Sequence record: SRR22947727_1424
Length of the DNA: 45,721 nt
Direction: 5' to 3' (one strand)
The notes under the pieces were generated by a model, which ran no database searches, had not been told where the DNA came from, and saw only the letters and a list, made by a program, of their open reading frames with translations. The translations under genes and the position numbers were made by a program. Of this stretch, positions 29,819 to 41,962 are shown in pieces; position 1 is the first letter of the stretch; each line of letters begins with the position of its first letter.

Positions 29819-31117
29819 CTAGCGTTTCTCGATATCCACATAGTCCCGCGTTGTCTCGCCGCAATACAGCTGGCGGGGGCGGCCAATCTTCATGGTTGGA
29901 TCTGAGATCATCTCTTTCCATTGAGAAATCCAACCGACCGTCCGAGACAGGGCGAAGATCGGTGTGAACATCGAAGTTGGAAAGCCCATGGCTTCCAAGA
30001 TAATGCCCGAGTAGAAATCAACATTTGGGAAGAGTTTCTTCTCGGCAAAATATGGATCGGCCAGGGCAGCTTTTTCCAACTCTTTGGCCACCTGCAAGAT
30101 GGGGTTATTCTCAACGCCCAAAAGCTCCAGAACTTCATCTGCCGATTCTTTAAGAACCGTCGCGCGCGGGTCGATGTTTTTGTAAACCCGGTGCCCAAAG
30201 CCCATCAGACGGAAGGGATCGTCTTTGTCTTTGGCGCGGGCGATGAACTCTGGAATGCGGTCGACCGTGCCGATTTCATTGAGCATTTCCAGGCAAGCTT
30301 GGTTTGCGCCGCCATGTGCCGGACCCCAAAGACAGGCAATTCCAGCTGCAATGCAGGCAAATGGATTGGCCCCAGAGGAGGACGCCAGACGAACCGTAGA
30401 GGTCGAAGCATTTTGCTCATGATCTGCATGAAGGGTGAATATCCGGTCCATCGCGCGCGACAAGATAGGGTTCACCTCATAGTCTTCGGCAGGCACCGCA
30501 AAGCACATGCGCAGGAAGTTTGAGGCATAATCCACATCATTGCGTGGATAAACAAAGGGCTGTCCAACCGTGTATTTATAGGCCATGGCTGCAATTGTTG
30601 GCATTTTCGCGATCAAACGAATGGACGCGACCTCGCGCTGGTGCTGGTCGGTAATATCGGTTGAATCGTGATAGAATGCCGACATGGCTCCAACAACACC
30701 GGTCATAATGGCCATCGGATGGGCATCACGGCGGAAGCCGCGGAAGAAATTGACCATCTGTTCGTGCAGCATGGTGTGATTTGTCACCAGGCTTTCAAAC
30801 TCTTCGAGCTCAGTTGCATTTGGCAAGTGACCGTTGAGCAACAAAAAGCACACTTCCAAATAGTGGCTTTGCGAGGCCAGCTGATCAATGGGATAGCCTC
30901 GATGCAGCAATACACCGGCCTCTCCATCAATGAAGGTGATGGTCGAATCGCAGGCGGCGGTTGAGGTGAAGCCCGGGTCATAGGTGAAGAGTTTGGCCTG
31001 TGCATAGAGCTTTCGAATATCTACCACATCCGGTCCGGCTGTCGGCGACATCACCGGAAGGTCATAGGTGGTCCCGTTCAGGGTCAGTTTGGCAATGTTT
31101 TGTACGTCATCGGTCAT
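29819..31117 (-). CDS. gltA: Citrate synthase (type II)
   Basis: [42 protein letters not shown]; start trimmed to MTDD. Confidence 0.98.
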   Translation of the reverse strand: MTDDVQNIAKLTLNGTTYDLPVMSPTAGPDVVDIRKLYAQAKLFTYDPGFTSTAACDSTITFIDGEAGVLLHRGYPIDQLASQSHYLEVCFLLLNGHLPNATELEEFESLVTNHTMLHEQMVNFFRGFRRDAHPMAIMTGVVGAMSAFYHDSTDITDQHQREVASIRLIAKMPTIAAMAYKYTVGQPFVYPRNDVDYASNFLRMCFAVPAEDYEVNPILSRAMDRIFTLHADHEQNASTSTVRLASSSGANPFACIAAGIACLWGPAHGGANQACLEMLNEIGTVDRIPEFIARAKDKDDPFRLMGFGHRVYKNIDPRATVLKESADEVLELLGVENNPILQVAKELEKAALADPYFAEKKLFPNVDFYSGIILEAMGFPTSMFTPIFALSRTVGWISQWKEMISDPTMKIGRPRQLYCGETTRDYVDIEKR

Positions 31118-31161
31118 ATTATTCTCATCTTCCCAGTTCAGCATGATCGCAAAGGGCCTGC

Positions 31162-32562
31162 TCAACTTATATCGTTTAGCCGTGCAATGGTTTCATCCCG
31201 GCCCAACACTAACATCATGTCAAATACACTCGGCGAGGTAACGCGTCCTGAAAGTGCGGCCCTTAGTGGGGCTGCCAACTTGCCCATTTTTGTCTCATGG
31301 GACAGTGCAAGGCGTTCAACCAAACCTTCCAGTTCTTCTCGCGTCCAGATAGCATTTTGCAACTGCGGCGTCAATTCCTTCAGTATACTAATGGATACTG
31401 AATCAAGCGCTAGGAGCGCTTTCTCTTCCAGATTCAAAGGGCGAGACTGGAGTATAAATGATGATTTATCAATGAGTTCCAGCATGGTTTTCGCGCGTTC
31501 CTTGACGCAATAAGCGCCGGACAGGAAGAGAGATTTTTGTGCATCACTCAAAGGGTCAGCCTGGGTTGCCGCCAGATATCCCTCCAGTTCATGCAGCAAT
31601 GCAGCATCATCGGTCTGCGCGATGTGTTGGCCGGAAATATTGGCCAATTTTTTGAAGTCAAACCGCGCGGGTGATTTGCCAATGTGCTCAAGGTCAAACC
31701 AGGATTGCGCTTGGGCATCGGTGAAGAACTCGTCATCCCCATGGCTCCAGCCCAAACGCGCCAGATAATTGCGCATTCCGGCGGCCGAGTAGCCAAGCGC
31801 TTGATACTCCTCAACCCCTGTCGCGCCGTGGCGCTTGGACATTTTCTTGCCGTCCGGCCCATGAATGAGCGGGATATGCGCATAGGTTGGCAGATCCCAG
31901 CCCATGGCCAGGTAAATCTGAATTTGCCGCGCCGCATTGTTCAGGTGATCGTCGCCGCGAATAACATGGGTGACGCCCATATCATGGTCATCGACCACAA
32001 CAGCGAGCATATAAACGGGGCTGCCATCTGATCGGAGCAGAACCATGTCATCAAGCTGATCATTGCGGATAACAACATCCCCTTGCACCTGATCCTTGAT
32101 GAGCGTTTGCCCCTCGCGCGGGGCTTTGAGCCGCACCACATAGGGCGCGTCAGGGTGATCCCGCACTTCGGCATCACGCCAGGGGGAGCGAAACAGTGTC
32201 GAGCGTTTCTCCGCTTGCGCCGCCTCTCGAAAGGCGGCGATTTCCTCTTGCGTCGCAAAGCATTTATAGGCATGGCCCGCTGCCAGCATTTGCGCGGCAA
32301 CGTCCGCGTGACGAGCCGCATTGGCCGCTTGACTGACCGGCGTGCCATCAAAGTCCAAGCCAAGCCAAGCCAACCCCCGGTAGATGGCCTGGGTTGAGGC
32401 CTCGGTTGAGCGCTCCTTATCTGTATCTTCCACCCGCAGCAAAAATTGCCCGCCGTGGCGTCGAGCGAAGAGCCAGTTGAACAGCGCCGTGCGCGCCGAG
32501 CCAATGTGCAATGTTCCGGTCGGGGAGGGGGCAAAACGGGTGACTACGGGGGTGTCAGACAT
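31162..32562 (-). CDS. gltX: Glutamate--tRNA ligase
   Basis: [32 protein letters not shown]. Confidence 0.97.
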   Translation of the reverse strand: MSDTPVVTRFAPSPTGTLHIGSARTALFNWLFARRHGGQFLLRVEDTDKERSTEASTQAIYRGLAWLGLDFDGTPVSQAANAARHADVAAQMLAAGHAYKCFATQEEIAAFREAAQAEKRSTLFRSPWRDAEVRDHPDAPYVVRLKAPREGQTLIKDQVQGDVVIRNDQLDDMVLLRSDGSPVYMLAVVVDDHDMGVTHVIRGDDHLNNAARQIQIYLAMGWDLPTYAHIPLIHGPDGKKMSKRHGATGVEEYQALGYSAAGMRNYLARLGWSHGDDEFFTDAQAQSWFDLEHIGKSPARFDFKKLANISGQHIAQTDDAALLHELEGYLAATQADPLSDAQKSLFLSGAYCVKERAKTMLELIDKSSFILQSRPLNLEEKALLALDSVSISILKELTPQLQNAIWTREELEGLVERLALSHETKMGKLAAPLRAALSGRVTSPSVFDMMLVLGRDETIARLNDIS

Positions 32563-32628
32563 GATGTTCATCTTTCGCAAAGGAAAAGGGCGCAGACTGT
32601 ACCTAAGGCGCATCCATAGAGAGGACAA

Positions 32629-34680
32629 GTGCAGCATTGGTCTTGGATTTGGGCAGCGGTGGAGTCTGCGCTGCAGGCGCAGGCGCAAAACCTGATGCAT
32701 TGGACCGCTTTTGGTTTTGGCTTGGGAATTGCGTCCTATTTTGGAGTGCCGCGCGAGCCAGGACCATTGGTCTTCCTAGCCGCCAGCCTCTCTGCGGCTC
32801 TATGTGTGGGGCTTGCGATCCGATTTCGCACTGGCATAGCGCGGTTGCTAATCGTGATCGCCGCTCTGGCGGGTGGGTTTGCCTGGAGTCAATATCGGGC
32901 CCATGCGGTCTCTGGCCCTGTTCTGTCAGAGCGGTTTTATGGTGCGGTGCAGGGGCGGGTTGTCGGCATTGATCGCAGCCTGTCTGAAAAGCCGCGCCTA
33001 ACTTTGGATCACTTGTTGTTAGGCTCATTGCCGCAGCGCGTCACGCCAAACCGTTTGCGCGTGGCGTTGCATGGGAGGGCACAAGAGTATATGCCACAGA
33101 TCGGCGACATCGTCCTGCTCGCAGCGCATCTGTCGCCGCCGCCCGGGCCGGCTGAACCCTATGGCTATGATTTTCAACGACAGGCTTGGTTTGCGCAATT
33201 GGGTGCGGTGGGATATACACGCAGCCCCGTGATGATCTGGCGCGCGGCACCGGCCGATCAGGGCGGGCTCATCGTTCAAAAATGGCGTCAGAAGATCGGC
33301 GCGCATATGGCGGCTCATATGCCAGCCCGCACCGCAGGGGTGGCGGTGGCCATCACGGTTGGTGACCGAATGTATCTTGATCGAGAGGTGCAGCAAACCT
33401 TGCGCGCGGCAAATCTTTCGCATCTTTTGGCGATTTCTGGCCTGCATATGGGCCTGCTCACCAGTCTGGTGTTCTTTTTAACGCGGGCCCTTTTGTCCTG
33501 TCTGCCCTATCTTATTTTAAACTGGCCGATCAAGAAAATAGCCGCGCTGATGAGCATAGGGGTTGGGGCGGGGTATCTGATGCTCTCCGGTGCCAGTGTT
33601 GCGACCGAGCGGGCGTATATTATGGCCTTTACCATCTTCGCCGCTGTGCTGCTCGAGCGGCGTGCGATCACCTTGCACGCGCTGGCGATTGCTGCAATTT
33701 TGGTTTTGCTGCTCCGGCCGGAGGCCCTGCTGGGTCCGGGCTTTCAAATGTCATTTGCAGCCACTGGCCTTTTGATCATTGTGTTTAACGCGATGAGCCA
33801 GTGGACATGGGCGGCGCGCTGGCCGTCGGGCACGCGGTATTTGATGGGATCTGTGGTCTCGGCAGTGGTGGCTGGCCTTGCCACTGCCCCGATCGCAGCG
33901 GCGCATTTCAACATACTGCCGCATTACGGGGTCTTGGCAAATGTTGTCGCGGTTCCGATTATGGGGTTTGTGGTCATGCCCAGTGCGATTTTGGCCGCAG
34001 CGCTGGCCCCCTTTGGGGGAGAGGCGTTGGGGTTTTGGGGCATGACCTTGGGGTTAGGAGCAATTTTGGATGTTGCGAGCCATGTTGCAGATCTTCCCCA
34101 GTCGGTCAGCCATATAAAAGCACCACCGCCAGGGATATTGGGTCTTTTGGCGGCATCTGTGCTGTTTGGAATTTTGTGGCAGGGTCGATTGCGATATCTT
34201 GCTGTTATTCCCGCCTGTGCCACTTTGATTTGCTGGGTTATGTCTCCTCGTCCGGATGTATTGATCAGCGGTGATGGGCGTTTGGTTGGTGTGATGGTGC
34301 ATGGTACAAGGGTTCTGAATGTCGCAAAAGGTTCGGGCTTTGTGGCGCGCAGCTGGCTTGAGAATGACGGGAACCCCATCTCTCAAAAATCTGCCTATGG
34401 GGCTATGCCATCTTGGCTCGAGATTGTGGACAAAGGATCTCACCCGATGCGCCCCTGTCAAGCCGTGCTGGTGGTTGTGCAAGATTGGCGGTCTGAGCCA
34501 GCCTGCGGTGGCTTTGATTTGGAGGCGCTGGCAACTGCGGGGGGCGTGGCAGGACGCTTCGATAGCTCCGGCAGGCTGCAATGGATCACGGTCAGACAGG
34601 CGATCGGGCACAGGCTTTGGAACAGCGCAGCGCTGCGGGACGCGAAAGGCCACGATCCAGCAGGCCTTAAAGCGCGTTAA
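32629..34680 (+). CDS. comEC: ComEC/Rec2 competence DNA-uptake membrane protein
   Basis: [11 protein letters not shown] domain, [14 protein letters not shown]...[14 protein letters not shown]; multiple TM segments. Confidence 0.93.
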   Translation: MQHWSWIWAAVESALQAQAQNLMHWTAFGFGLGIASYFGVPREPGPLVFLAASLSAALCVGLAIRFRTGIARLLIVIAALAGGFAWSQYRAHAVSGPVLSERFYGAVQGRVVGIDRSLSEKPRLTLDHLLLGSLPQRVTPNRLRVALHGRAQEYMPQIGDIVLLAAHLSPPPGPAEPYGYDFQRQAWFAQLGAVGYTRSPVMIWRAAPADQGGLIVQKWRQKIGAHMAAHMPARTAGVAVAITVGDRMYLDREVQQTLRAANLSHLLAISGLHMGLLTSLVFFLTRALLSCLPYLILNWPIKKIAALMSIGVGAGYLMLSGASVATERAYIMAFTIFAAVLLERRAITLHALAIAAILVLLLRPEALLGPGFQMSFAATGLLIIVFNAMSQWTWAARWPSGTRYLMGSVVSAVVAGLATAPIAAAHFNILPHYGVLANVVAVPIMGFVVMPSAILAAALAPFGGEALGFWGMTLGLGAILDVASHVADLPQSVSHIKAPPPGILGLLAASVLFGILWQGRLRYLAVIPACATLICWVMSPRPDVLISGDGRLVGVMVHGTRVLNVAKGSGFVARSWLENDGNPISQKSAYGAMPSWLEIVDKGSHPMRPCQAVLVVVQDWRSEPACGGFDLEALATAGGVAGRFDSSGRLQWITVRQAIGHRLWNSAALRDAKGHDPAGLKAR

Positions 34681-35369
34681 TAGGTGCGGATCAGGCCCAC
34701 CAATTTGCCCTGTACTTTGACTTGATCGTCGCGGAATACGCGGGTTTCATAGGCAGGATTGGCCGCTTCAAGCGCGATGGCGCTGCCATTGCGGCGGAAC
34801 CGTTTCAAAGTGGCCTCGTGATCTTCGACCAAGGCGACGACGATATCGCCATTCTGGGCTGTGCTGGTTTCTCGGATCACCACCACGTCACCGTCATTGA
34901 TTCCAACCTCGATCATCGAGTCGCCCTTCACCTCCAGCGCGTAATGCTGACCGGCGTTTGAGATCATGTCGCCCGGAACAGCCACATCACGCGCGTAGTC
35001 TTGAATTGCAGAAATAGGCACGCCAGCTGCGATGCGACCCATCATCGGCAATGATCTCACGTCTGCCGAATCCAGATCAATGGCATCACGTGGCCGGTCA
35101 GGACGATCCCCAGCAATCAGCCGCGGTGCAAACCCGCGTGTCGCAGGTTGCATCTGTTCGGGCATCCGCAGAATTTCAATGGCCCGCGCCCGATGCGCCA
35201 GGCGGCGAATGAATCCGCGTTCCTCGAGGGCCGTAATCAAGCGGTGGATACCGGATTTTGATTTGAGATCGAGCGCCTCTTTCATTTCGTCAAAGGATGG
35301 GGAGACGCCATCGACCTGCGTGCGCGCGTGGATAAACTCAAGCAGTTGCAATTGCTTTTTGGTTAGCAT
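34677..35369 (-). CDS. lexA: SOS repressor LexA
   Basis: [27 protein letters not shown] cleavage site, GDSM (Ser), ATLKR (Lys). Confidence 0.98.
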   Translation of the reverse strand: MLTKKQLQLLEFIHARTQVDGVSPSFDEMKEALDLKSKSGIHRLITALEERGFIRRLAHRARAIEILRMPEQMQPATRGFAPRLIAGDRPDRPRDAIDLDSADVRSLPMMGRIAAGVPISAIQDYARDVAVPGDMISNAGQHYALEVKGDSMIEVGINDGDVVVIRETSTAQNGDIVVALVEDHEATLKRFRRNGSAIALEAANPAYETRVFRDDQVKVQGKLVGLIRTY

Positions 35370-35403
35370 GACATCATCTCCCAAGGTTGAGTCAATTCGC
35401 CGT

Positions 35404-35443
35404 GTTTGGGTAATGTTCTACTCTCGTTCCCCTTTTGTGTCAA
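35404..35443 (-). promoter_or_regulatory. lexA promoter with overlapping SOS boxes
   Basis: Minus strand TTGACA-N17-TAGAAC; plus strand GTTT-N7-GTTC-N7-GTTC at 35404-35429. Confidence 0.88.
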
Positions 35444-35458
35444 GCTCTACTGAATGAC

Positions 35459-36634
35459 TTACAAAGGAATATAGCGCATCTCACTGCCTTTGGGCATGGC
35501 GGGGGCCTGGATTGGAGCAATCGCGAGTGCGTTTGCGCCGCTCAAGATGCTTAGCAAAGAGCTGTCTTGCCGTGTGGCCACATGCAGAGCGCCATCTATC
35601 AAAGTGGCGCGCATATAGTGTTCTCGGGCGCCATTGGCGGGAAGATCATGGGCCAGTGGCGCGGTTTGCTGCGCGCGCTGACGGGCCGGCAGACCGAGCA
35701 TCTTTTCGATCAAGGGCAGCACGAAAATCTCTCCGCAGACCATGGCGGACACTGGGTTGCCCGGAAGGCCAATCATCGCCCGCCCGCCCATATGCCCGGC
35801 CATCAAGGGTTTTCCGGGGCGCATTGCGACTTTGTAAAAAGATTGCTCCAGCCCGAACTCGGCCGCGGCCTGCGCCACCAAGTCATAATCGCCCACAGAG
35901 GCGCCACCAATAGTCAGGACCAGATCAGCATCACGGGTCAGGGCAAAGACCTCCGCCAAGGAGCCCAACCGATCGCGGGCAATCGGTAATATTCGCGCCT
36001 CTGCGCCAGCTTTTTGCAGCATAGCGGCGAGCCCATAGCTGTTTGACGCGATGATTTGATCGTCGCGGGGGGCATCGCCGGGCTGTACCAATTCATCGCC
36101 TGTGGCGATAAGGGCAACCTTCGGCCTGCGGGTCACATTCGGGCGCGGGACATTCATTGCGGCCAAAAGCGCGATGTCTTGCGCAGACAGGCGGCGCGGG
36201 GCGCGCAGTTGATGACCTTTGGTGAAATCACCGCCAGCAGGGCGCCGATGGGCCGCATCATTTGGACCGTCAATCAGCGTGATTTGTCCATCTTTTGCGC
36301 AGACATTCTCTTGAATAAGGACATGGTCAGTGCCTTGGGGCAGGGGTGCGCCGGTGAATATCCGGGTGGCCTGGCCGGCGGCAACGGGACTTGAAAAAGG
36401 ATGCCCGGCCGCAGATTCGCCAATCACCTGCCATGTTTGCGCGCCGGCTGCGAGATCGGTGGCGCGGATTGCATAGCCATCCATGGCCGCGGCGGCGAAG
36501 GGCGGTTGATCGCGGTTGGCTGTGACGGTTTGGGCCAAAACCCGCCCCTGTGCGTATTGCAGGGCAATGTCTTCGCTTGGCAGCGCGTCGCTGAGTGCCA
36601 AAATATGGTCAAGCGCCTCTCTAACCGAAATCAT
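35459..36634 (-). CDS. moeA: Molybdopterin molybdenumtransferase
   Basis: [41 protein letters not shown]. Confidence 0.96.
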   Translation of the reverse strand: MISVREALDHILALSDALPSEDIALQYAQGRVLAQTVTANRDQPPFAAAAMDGYAIRATDLAAGAQTWQVIGESAAGHPFSSPVAAGQATRIFTGAPLPQGTDHVLIQENVCAKDGQITLIDGPNDAAHRRPAGGDFTKGHQLRAPRRLSAQDIALLAAMNVPRPNVTRRPKVALIATGDELVQPGDAPRDDQIIASNSYGLAAMLQKAGAEARILPIARDRLGSLAEVFALTRDADLVLTIGGASVGDYDLVAQAAAEFGLEQSFYKVAMRPGKPLMAGHMGGRAMIGLPGNPVSAMVCGEIFVLPLIEKMLGLPARQRAQQTAPLAHDLPANGAREHYMRATLIDGALHVATRQDSSLLSILSGANALAIAPIQAPAMPKGSEMRYIPL

Positions 36635-37113
36635 AGCGCTGAACGCCGCCAGGTGCCGGACTTGCCGCCTTGCTTTTCTTTGAGCTGAATGGACTCAATG
36701 GTGATGCCTTTATCGACGGCTTTCATCATGTCATAGACCGTGAGGGCCGCTGTGCTGGCGGCGGTGAGGGCTTCCATCTCAACTCCGGTTTGCCCGCGTG
36801 TTTTCACGGTGGCGGTGATCAGGACTCGGTGAGTTGCCCGATCAGGCTCAAGATCGACCGTGACCTTAGTGATCGGCAACGGATGGCACAGGGGGATCAG
36901 CTCAGAGGTTTTCTTTGCGGCCATAATCCCCGCTATGCGGGCGACAGCCAGCGCATCGCCCTTTTTCAAATTCCCCTCCAGCAGGATGGCCATGGCCGCT
37001 GGTGTGAGCTGCACGATTGCCGTGGCAGTGGCCATGCGATCTGTGTCGGATTTTCCAGAGACATCGACCATATGGGCGTGTCCGGCCTCATCAAGATGGG
37101 TCAGTTTTGACAT
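36631..37113 (-). CDS. moaC: Cyclic pyranopterin monophosphate synthase
   Basis: [35 protein letters not shown]. Confidence 0.97.
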   Translation of the reverse strand: MSKLTHLDEAGHAHMVDVSGKSDTDRMATATAIVQLTPAAMAILLEGNLKKGDALAVARIAGIMAAKKTSELIPLCHPLPITKVTVDLEPDRATHRVLITATVKTRGQTGVEMEALTAASTAALTVYDMMKAVDKGITIESIQLKEKQGGKSGTWRRSAL

Positions 37114-37926
37114 TTAAATCCTATCTGGCATCCGCGGATTGGCCAAAAGAGTTCGCGTGGCCTGCGCCACATCGTTCTGACGCATCAGGCTTTCGCCAAT
37201 GAGGAAGGTTCGGGCGCCATGGCCGGCCAGATCGGCCAGATCTTCGGCTGTGTAAATCCCGCTTTCGGCAACTATGGTTTTGTCCGCTGGCACGCGCTGC
37301 GCGAGACTGCGGGTGGTGTCCAGCGTGACCTCAAAGGTGTTGAGATTGCGGTTGTTGATGCCAATCAAGGAGGATTTGAGCGCAAGGCCGCGGTCCAATT
37401 CAGCGGCGTCATGCACTTCAATCAAGGCATCCATGCCCCAGGCCGTGGCGGCCGCTTCCAATTCTGCCGCTTGGCTGTCCGAGACGGAGGCCATGATAAT
37501 CAAGATACAATCGGCACCCAAGGCGCGGGCTTCTGCGACCTGATAGGTGTCATACATGAAGTCTTTGCGCAGCGCCGGTAGGGTTGTGGCGGCGCGGGCG
37601 GCGGTGAGATAGCTGTCATCCCCCTGAAAGGACGGCCCATCTGTCAGAATAGACAGGCAGGTCGCACCGCCTTGCTCATAGGCAAGGGCCAGTGCGGGCG
37701 GAACGAAATCTGCACGAATGAGGCCTTTCGAGGGCGAGGCCTTTTTTACCTCTGCGATCAAAGCATAACCGGTCTGAGCGGCTTCTTTGAGGCGGCTGGC
37801 AAAGCCGCGCAGGGGGGGCGCCGCGCGGGCGGCTGCTTCAACCTCGGCCAAAGAGACGGCCGCCTTGCGTGCTGCAATCTCTTCAAGCTTATAGGCTTTG
37901 ATCTTATCAAGAATAGTGTCTGTCAT
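37114..37926 (-). CDS. trpC: Indole-3-glycerol phosphate synthase
   Basis: [35 protein letters not shown]. Confidence 0.97.
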   Translation of the reverse strand: MTDTILDKIKAYKLEEIAARKAAVSLAEVEAAARAAPPLRGFASRLKEAAQTGYALIAEVKKASPSKGLIRADFVPPALALAYEQGGATCLSILTDGPSFQGDDSYLTAARAATTLPALRKDFMYDTYQVAEARALGADCILIIMASVSDSQAAELEAAATAWGMDALIEVHDAAELDRGLALKSSLIGINNRNLNTFEVTLDTTRSLAQRVPADKTIVAESGIYTAEDLADLAGHGARTFLIGESLMRQNDVAQATRTLLANPRMPDRI

Positions 37927-37942
37927 ATATTCAGTCCAATTG

Positions 37943-38962
37943 TCATGCGGCGCTGGTGAGCGCGGCTAAGGCGGTGACTTTGCTTTTTGCCGCGCCGCTG
38001 TCGATCGCGCCCGCGGCCAATTCGGCCCCTTCGCTCAGCGAGCTGGCTTTGCCTGCAATTTTTAGCGCGGCCGCAGAATTAAGCAAGACCGCATCGCGGT
38101 AAGCGGAGGCTGCGCCATCTAAAAGCGCGGCGAAGGCTTTGCCATTGTCTTCGGGGCTACCGCCGAGAATTGCCTCAAACGGATGCACTGGCAAGCCTGC
38201 GTCTTCGGGATGAATTTCAAACTCGACCACCTGGCCATTTTCAAGCGCGGCCACAGCGCTGCTGCCGGTGATGGTGAGCTCATCGGTGCCATCGGCACTG
38301 CCATGCACCAGCCAAGCCGCCTCGCTGCCAAGCGCCCGAAGGGTTTCGGCCATGGGGCGGATCAAATCTGCTGAAAACACACCTGTTAATTGCCGTTTGA
38401 CCCCGGCGGGATTGGTCAGCGGACCCAGGATATTAAAGATCGTGCGCGTGGCAAGCTCAGCGCGGGTGGGCATCACATGGGCGATGGCCGGGTGATGCAT
38501 AGGGGCCATCATAAAGGCAATGCCGATCTCTTCCAAGGCGCGTTCCACGACATCGACTCCCACCATCACATTGATGCCCATCTGGCCCAAAGCATCGGCG
38601 GCGCCGGATTTGGAGCTGAGATTGCGGTTGCCATGTTTGGCCACAGGCACGCCGGCCCCGGCCACCACAAAGGCGGTTGCGGTCGAAATATTCAATGTGC
38701 CCTTGCCATCACCGCCGGTACCGACGATGTCCATGGCGCCCATGGGCGCGCGCACGGCGTTGCATTTGGCCCGCATGACGGCGGCGGCGGCGGCATATTC
38801 ATCGACAGTCTCACCGCGTGTACGCAGCGCCATCAAAAAACCGCCAATTTGGCTTGGGGTGGCCTCTCCATTGAACAGCGCCTCAAAGGCCAGCTCTGCT
38901 TCAGCGCGGGTCAAGGGACGGTCGGCGGCTGTCCCAATCAAGGGTTGCAAAGCAGATGTCAT
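37943..38962 (-). CDS. trpD: Anthranilate phosphoribosyltransferase
   Basis: [38 protein letters not shown]. Confidence 0.97.
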   Translation of the reverse strand: MTSALQPLIGTAADRPLTRAEAELAFEALFNGEATPSQIGGFLMALRTRGETVDEYAAAAAVMRAKCNAVRAPMGAMDIVGTGGDGKGTLNISTATAFVVAGAGVPVAKHGNRNLSSKSGAADALGQMGINVMVGVDVVERALEEIGIAFMMAPMHHPAIAHVMPTRAELATRTIFNILGPLTNPAGVKRQLTGVFSADLIRPMAETLRALGSEAAWLVHGSADGTDELTITGSSAVAALENGQVVEFEIHPEDAGLPVHPFEAILGGSPEDNGKAFAALLDGAASAYRDAVLLNSAAALKIAGKASSLSEGAELAAGAIDSGAAKSKVTALAALTSAA

Positions 38963-39540
38963 GCCAGTTCCTTTGCCATGTTAAGAAAATTGCGTATGAG
39001 ATGATGCCCATGTTCGGAGGCGATGCTCTCGGGATGAAATTGTACGCCATGAATGGGCAGGGTTTTATGCTGAAGCCCCATGATCGTGCCATCTTCCAAT
39101 TCCGCAGTCACCTCTAAACAGTTGGGCAGTGTGGCGCGTTCTACAATCAATGAATGATAGCGTGTCGCCTCGAAAGGTGTCGGCAGGTCCGCGAAGAGAC
39201 CTTGGCCCGTGTGATACATTTTGCCCATTTTGCCATGCACAATCTCATGACAGCGCACGACCGAGCCGCCAAAGGCCTGACCAATGGTTTGATGCCCCAA
39301 GCAGACCCCCATGAGCGGGACGCGGGCGGCAGCGGCGGCCTCTGTCAGGGCAAGACAGATCCCAGCCTGCGCCGGGTCACAAGGTCCCGGGGACAGGAGA
39401 ATCGCTGAGGCCCCGAGGGACATTGCCTCTTGCACGTCCAAGGCATCGTTGCGTTTGACCACAACCGTTGCGCCCAACTCCCCAAGATAATGCACCAAAT
39501 TATAAGTGAAGCTGTCATAATTATCGATCAGCAGTAACAT
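38959..39540 (-). CDS. trpG: Anthranilate synthase component II (glutamine amidotransferase)
   Basis: [37 protein letters not shown]. Confidence 0.95.
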   Translation of the reverse strand: MLLLIDNYDSFTYNLVHYLGELGATVVVKRNDALDVQEAMSLGASAILLSPGPCDPAQAGICLALTEAAAAARVPLMGVCLGHQTIGQAFGGSVVRCHEIVHGKMGKMYHTGQGLFADLPTPFEATRYHSLIVERATLPNCLEVTAELEDGTIMGLQHKTLPIHGVQFHPESIASEHGHHLIRNFLNMAKELA

Positions 39541-39688
39541 GGGTCGTCCTTTATGTTTTTTTTGCCCCACCGGCGCTCTTTCGGAACAATGGGTCTCGCA
39601 ATTGACAGATTGGTCGCGGTATAGATGCTCAGGGAACGATGCTATCGTCAAGAGTGACAGGGCGTTTTTGGTGATTGAAAGGTGATAG

Positions 39689-40798
39689 ATGCAACTACCG
39701 TTCTTCAATGGTCTGATTTGGGGTACGCTCATTGGGGGGGCTGGGCTGGTGGTCCTTTCGCTGTCCTACGATGTTTTGAACCTCAAAGGTCTAAACCCCG
39801 AGGTCACGGTTCTGCCGATCTCGCAAAGCCCTGATACGGCTATGACCGCGCAGGTGCCGGTGATTGATCTGGATCCCCCCTCGGAATTATCAGCGCCGCG
39901 CTCCATCTTGTCGCAAGGCCCCACCGCCGCCAGCCTTGGCCGCGGCTTGACTCTTTCTGCGCAAAAACCTGTATTGACCGGTGAGACTGAGACATTGGCC
40001 ACTTTGCCGATGGTTCAAAAACTGCGTCCCTCCGCAAATATGCCACAGGTCTACCCAGGAGATTCTACCCTCCTCTCGCCGCAATCTCCGACCCGCTTGG
40101 CTGGGATGCGCCGCCCCAGTGTCACCGCTCTCGATGACCGGAGAGCTATGCAGGTGAGCGCGCCGCGATTGGTGCAAACCGAGCCTCTGCCAGAGGTGAC
40201 CTATCTGCGCTATGCTCTGGAGTTCGAGCGGGTGGCGGGTAAGGGGCTTATAAGCATTGTGTTGATGGACAGGCCGTTAATGCCCCCCCCCGATGGGCTG
40301 TTGGATCTTGGCGTGCCGTTCACCGTGGCAATTGATGGGACAGCGGCGGATGCGCGGGGTAAAATGCTGCTTTATCGCGCCGCGGGTTTTGAAATTTTTA
40401 CCAATATGCAATTGCCCGAGACCCTAACTGCTGTGAATGTGGCGCTGATCACGGATGCCTCAGTGCAGGCCGTGCCTATGGCCACAGGGCTCTGGCCTTC
40501 AGATTATGACCATGGCCCGCGATCTCCTGCGCAATTGCGTCTGTTGCAAGACCATTTGGCGAAAGAAAACCTAGGCTTGTTGCCAAAGGTCGATGTGACA
40601 ATTTCTGATGACATGCGCCGCGCCTCGGATGTGTTGAGCGCCCTGGACTTTGCGGCAGACACAGCTGCGCAGACGGGGCAAGCGGTCGTGGCGCTGGATC
40701 CGGTTGCGGAAATTTGGCAAGTTTTGCGCTTTTGGCTGCGCCATTCCAACTACGGTGATAGCGTCATCGCGCCGCTCTCGGCTGTGCTCACCCGCTAG
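39689..40798 (+). CDS. Membrane-anchored divergent polysaccharide deacetylase family protein (degenerate)
   Basis: N-terminal TM, Pro/Ser/Thr-rich linker, ISIVL.D, VPFTVAID, YRAAGFE, C-terminal APLSAVL; position divergent from trpG. Confidence 0.7.
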   Translation: MQLPFFNGLIWGTLIGGAGLVVLSLSYDVLNLKGLNPEVTVLPISQSPDTAMTAQVPVIDLDPPSELSAPRSILSQGPTAASLGRGLTLSAQKPVLTGETETLATLPMVQKLRPSANMPQVYPGDSTLLSPQSPTRLAGMRRPSVTALDDRRAMQVSAPRLVQTEPLPEVTYLRYALEFERVAGKGLISIVLMDRPLMPPPDGLLDLGVPFTVAIDGTAADARGKMLLYRAAGFEIFTNMQLPETLTAVNVALITDASVQAVPMATGLWPSDYDHGPRSPAQLRLLQDHLAKENLGLLPKVDVTISDDMRRASDVLSALDFAADTAAQTGQAVVALDPVAEIWQVLRFWLRHSNYGDSVIAPLSAVLTR

Positions 40799-40820
40799 TG
40801 CATTTGTGACGCCCCATGCT

Positions 40821-41792
40821 CTAAGGCGCGCCGGTTAGGAGTTGCGCCAGCCAGCTTCGAATGTCGGGGTAGAGCGCCTCGAGTTGTGGCAGGTCGTTGA
40901 CGCAGAGCATCTTGAGGTCCGGGGCGTCTCGAAGGTTTTGCAAGAGCGCGGGGATTGTCCCATCTGCTGCACCAACCCCTTGTCCGCTGTAGATATGATG
41001 GTGATCTTTAATCGGATGTAGCTTGGCGGTCTTGTGCAAAATACAGGCATAATTGTGCAAGCTCTGCGGCGAAAATTGGCGAATATCACGCATTTGATAG
41101 CGCGCATTGTCGTGAAATGCAGCGTTGAACCGGGTGTGAAGTTGGGCCATGGTGCGGCGCGAGCAGGGATGCGCCACATGTGCCGCGCGAAAGAGGCGCT
41201 CGGGCGGCATACCGCATAGGCCTGCCGCGTTGAGTTGCATGTAGTGATTGAACTTAGCCGGATCAGCCATCTGCACGGGATCGTCTTGCAAAGCGCTGAA
41301 ATCAGCCCAAGCGCCGCGTAAAATTGGGCCGCTTTTCGTGAAAAAATCGGCTTGCTGACAGGGTGCTGTCAGAAAAACATCATCATTGAAATAGATAAAT
41401 CGGTCGGACAGCCCCTGAATGTTCCAAAGAAAGGTCTCTATGGCCAGGGAGTTGAAAGTTGGCAGGCTCGCGCCATGATTGGCGAATATCTCTGTGTGAT
41501 CCACCAAGTGAATTTTGGCCTGCAGAGCGACGCTCAGGCGCGACAGATCTGGTGATTGATCATCGACAACAATCCATATTTTGCGCAGCCACGGGGCGTT
41601 GTGCTCAAGGGACGAAAGGCAGAGATAAATTTCGCCATTACAGGCCCAGCGATGCGGGTTTGTGGCATTTTCATGGAAAAGATGTGGCGCTGAGCCCATG
41701 AAATTCTGGCGTTTTTGCAGGTGCGCCGGGTCCAATCCATCAACCCATGTAATGACCGCATCAATCGGATCGTGCTGGACTTCCTGAACCAT
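40821..41792 (-). CDS. Stealth family hexose-1-phosphate transferase (SacB/LcbA/CpsY-like)
   Basis: CR1 IDAVITWVDG; CR2 APWLRKIWIV..LPTFNSLAIE..I.GLSDRFIYFNDD; CR3 H.AHP; CR4 LCVND; AAGGAG SD. Confidence 0.9.
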   Translation of the reverse strand: MVQEVQHDPIDAVITWVDGLDPAHLQKRQNFMGSAPHLFHENATNPHRWACNGEIYLCLSSLEHNAPWLRKIWIVVDDQSPDLSRLSVALQAKIHLVDHTEIFANHGASLPTFNSLAIETFLWNIQGLSDRFIYFNDDVFLTAPCQQADFFTKSGPILRGAWADFSALQDDPVQMADPAKFNHYMQLNAAGLCGMPPERLFRAAHVAHPCSRRTMAQLHTRFNAAFHDNARYQMRDIRQFSPQSLHNYACILHKTAKLHPIKDHHHIYSGQGVGAADGTIPALLQNLRDAPDLKMLCVNDLPQLEALYPDIRSWLAQLLTGAP

Positions 41793-41885
41793 GAACGCAG
41801 ACTCCTTGTTACGCGCTCAAGGCTAGCGCGCGCGCCGGACAATTGCGAGGGTGGCTTGGTATTTTCATGGCGTGTTTTTCGAAAA

Positions 41886-41962
41886 TGGTGGTCCCGACAG
41901 GATTTGAACCTGTGACCCCTCGCTTCGGAGGCGAGTACTCTATCCAGCTGAGCTACGGGACC
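41886..41962 (-). tRNA. tRNA-Arg (anticodon CCG)
   Basis: GGTCCCGTAGCTCAGCTGGATAGAGTACTCGCCTCCGAAGCGAGGGGTCACAGGTTCAAATCCTGTCGGGACCACCA; 7-bp acceptor stem, A20, encoded CCA. Confidence 0.97.

Noticed and set aside
31067..31076. GGTGGTCCCG match to the tRNA 3' end (also TGGTGGTCC at 39747-39755) as an att site
   Set aside because: 9-10 nt matches inside coding genes, compatible with chance; no integrase
39602..39625. TTGACA...TATAGA as a sigma70 promoter for the deacetylase gene
   Set aside because: Spacer is only 12 nt
40826..41838. GCGCGCCGG direct repeat around the Stealth gene as a target-site duplication
   Set aside because: Low-complexity GC 9-mer that also occurs elsewhere (7501); one copy is inside the CDS
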